From: an uncultured archaeon
GTDB lineage: Archaea; Asgardarchaeota; Hermodarchaeia; Hermodarchaeales; Hermodarchaeaceae
Assembly (NCBI GenBank): GCA_964347045.1
Contig: CAYFXC010000003.1
Span: 51,669-115,668 of the forward strand
Direction of reading: 5' to 3'
Length of the DNA: 64,000 nt
Shown: in pieces, positions 62,651 to 64,000 of the stretch
How the letters are laid out: each line of letters starts with the position of its first letter
Position numbering within the stretch: the stretch's first letter is position 1
Translations under genes and position numbers: made by a program
The notes under the pieces: model-generated
Databases searched by the model: none
What the model saw: the letters and a program-made list of their open reading frames with translations, nothing else
What the model was told of the DNA's origin: nothing

Positions 62651-63844
62651 TCAGTTCTCATTTTCGAAACAATAGGTTGTGGTTTGAAATTTGTTGGTAA
62701 GCGCATGCACTTCTTTTTTGACTTGTTTACGATCGGCTCCCTTAAGGCGTTTGGCGATTAATTGTGCAATAACTGGCATTTGCTCGTTTTTCATACCCCG
62801 CCGTGTAATTTCTTGTGACCCTAAGCGCACGCCTGCATCCGCAATGATATCTGCTGCTTCTAATTGGGCACAGAATTTTTGTCCCTGGGCATAGTTTTCT
62901 ACTTGCAATAATACTTGATGTGACTTTGTATATCCCCAATCTTCTCCAATTACCGGAATGTTCATCTCTACTAACGCTTGAGCTAACCTTTGTGAATTCT
63001 CGACAACCTGTTTTGCATAGTTTTTCCCAAAAGTGAGCAATTCAGCTAATGCAATAGCTAATGCTGCGACTCGATGATGATGGTAGTTATCAACTAGCAC
63101 AGGATAAGGACGTAATGTCAAATCAATTTGCTCAGCTAGTTCTGGATCTTTTTTCACTAGTACAATTCCTCCTTGAGGACCAAAAAACGTCTTATGTGTA
63201 CTCCCTAACATGATCTGTGCTCCTTCTTTGAAGGGGTTCTGGAACTGTTCACCTGCAATAAGACCAAGAACGTGTGATGCATCGTAAACTAATGTTGTTT
63301 CTACTTCTTTGCAAATTCGTGTAAGTTCAGCCACGGGATGGGGTTTCAAAAAAAAACTTGCCCCTAAGATTACAAGACGTGGACGTACACGTTCAATTAG
63401 CTCAATAGCACGCTTTACGTTCATTGTATACCGATCTGATAGATATGGAAAATAGTGAACCTCAAGTGGAAAACGTGCTTGTAGGTTCAATGGATATCCG
63501 CCGTTATCAAAATGTGAAATAACGATCGGGTCATTCGGTTGACACAAACCCATAATCACTGACATCAATGAAAGGTGTCCGGATAGGGGTCGAACATTAG
63601 CATATTGGGCGTGAAAAAGTTTCGTTGCGGCTTTAATTGCTAATTCCTCAACCTTCCTAGAATATTTTTGCCCACCATACCATGGTTCATCCCATGCATA
63701 TCGGTGTCCAAAATCAGAAGCTAGCATTGCCCGGACTTGTGGGCTGGTTAAATTTTCTGAGGGAATTAGGTTCAAACAATTCTGTCGCCATTGCTCGTGT
63801 TCACGAACGATTGAATGGATTGTTTGAGCAATTTCTGCACACAT
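62651..63844 (-). CDS. glyA: Serine hydroxymethyltransferase (archaeal type)
   Basis: It has LIPSENLTSP and the PLP-lysine motif GSTHKTFFGPQGG. Confidence 0.9.
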   Translation of the reverse strand: MCAEIAQTIHSIVREHEQWRQNCLNLIPSENLTSPQVRAMLASDFGHRYAWDEPWYGGQKYSRKVEELAIKAATKLFHAQYANVRPLSGHLSLMSVIMGLCQPNDPIVISHFDNGGYPLNLQARFPLEVHYFPYLSDRYTMNVKRAIELIERVRPRLVILGASFFLKPHPVAELTRICKEVETTLVYDASHVLGLIAGEQFQNPFKEGAQIMLGSTHKTFFGPQGGIVLVKKDPELAEQIDLTLRPYPVLVDNYHHHRVAALAIALAELLTFGKNYAKQVVENSQRLAQALVEMNIPVIGEDWGYTKSHQVLLQVENYAQGQKFCAQLEAADIIADAGVRLGSQEITRRGMKNEQMPVIAQLIAKRLKGADRKQVKKEVHALTNKFQTTTYCFENEN

Positions 63845-64000
63845 AATTACTCTACTCCGATTGAAGTTATTGTTGAATCTGGTTATATACTAATTAGAAT
63901 GTATGTACTTGAACAAGCTTTTTCAATTGATACATCTCAAAGCATTTTCTCATTGTAGTTGCAGGCGATGATTTTGACCGATGACGATACTTCCGAAGAG

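Noticed and set aside
1-64000. A search by eye for tRNA, rRNA, CRISPR arrays and transposase/IS elements.
   Set aside because: I saw no T-loop/acceptor-type signatures (GGTTCGAATCC-like), no rRNA-like conserved blocks, no repeat-spacer periodicity and no transposase-like ORFs. A covariance-model scan would still be needed to exclude small RNAs.

Overview
This is an archaeal chromosomal segment of about 60 protein-coding genes on both strands. I found no rRNA, tRNA or CRISPR array by eye. The archaeal call rests on TBP, a CDC48/VCP AAA+ ATPase, an RpoH/Rpb5-type RNA polymerase subunit, a thiolase+DUF35 pair, ADP-forming acyl-CoA synthetase alpha subunits, a formaldehyde-activating enzyme (Fae) domain and Mbh/Ech-type [NiFe]-hydrogenase subunits. 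Gene content suggests an anaerobic, H4MPT-using archaeon, and an Asgard-like lineage is only an inference.

Most of the window is housekeeping or metabolism:
- CoA-thioester metabolism
- peptidases of the M20, M42 and M29 families, plus a Lon-like protease
- a P-type ATPase and a CorA-type channel
- SHMT, an NSUN RNA methyltransferase and a beta-CASP RNase

The items I consider most worth follow-up are:
1. A 204-aa RpoH that appears to carry the eukaryote-type Rpb5 N-terminal domain.
2. A DapA-family aldolase fused to Fae.
3. An MbhL...MbhM-MbhN hydrogenase module split by an opposite-strand island of about 8.3 kb. The island carries a SLOG-like protein, two paralogous radical-SAM enzymes (one with a NuoG-like Fe-S module), MsrB, a wHTH-PLD nuclease and a LAGLIDADG-like protein.
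4. Sharply bounded patches where the coding strand becomes very C-rich and G-poor, including a switch in the middle of a gene.
5. Two genes whose conserved N-termini have no ATG/GTG/TTG start codon.
6. Perfect palindromes in front of a padR-cdc48 operon.

All family assignments come from motif reading by eye. No database search was run.
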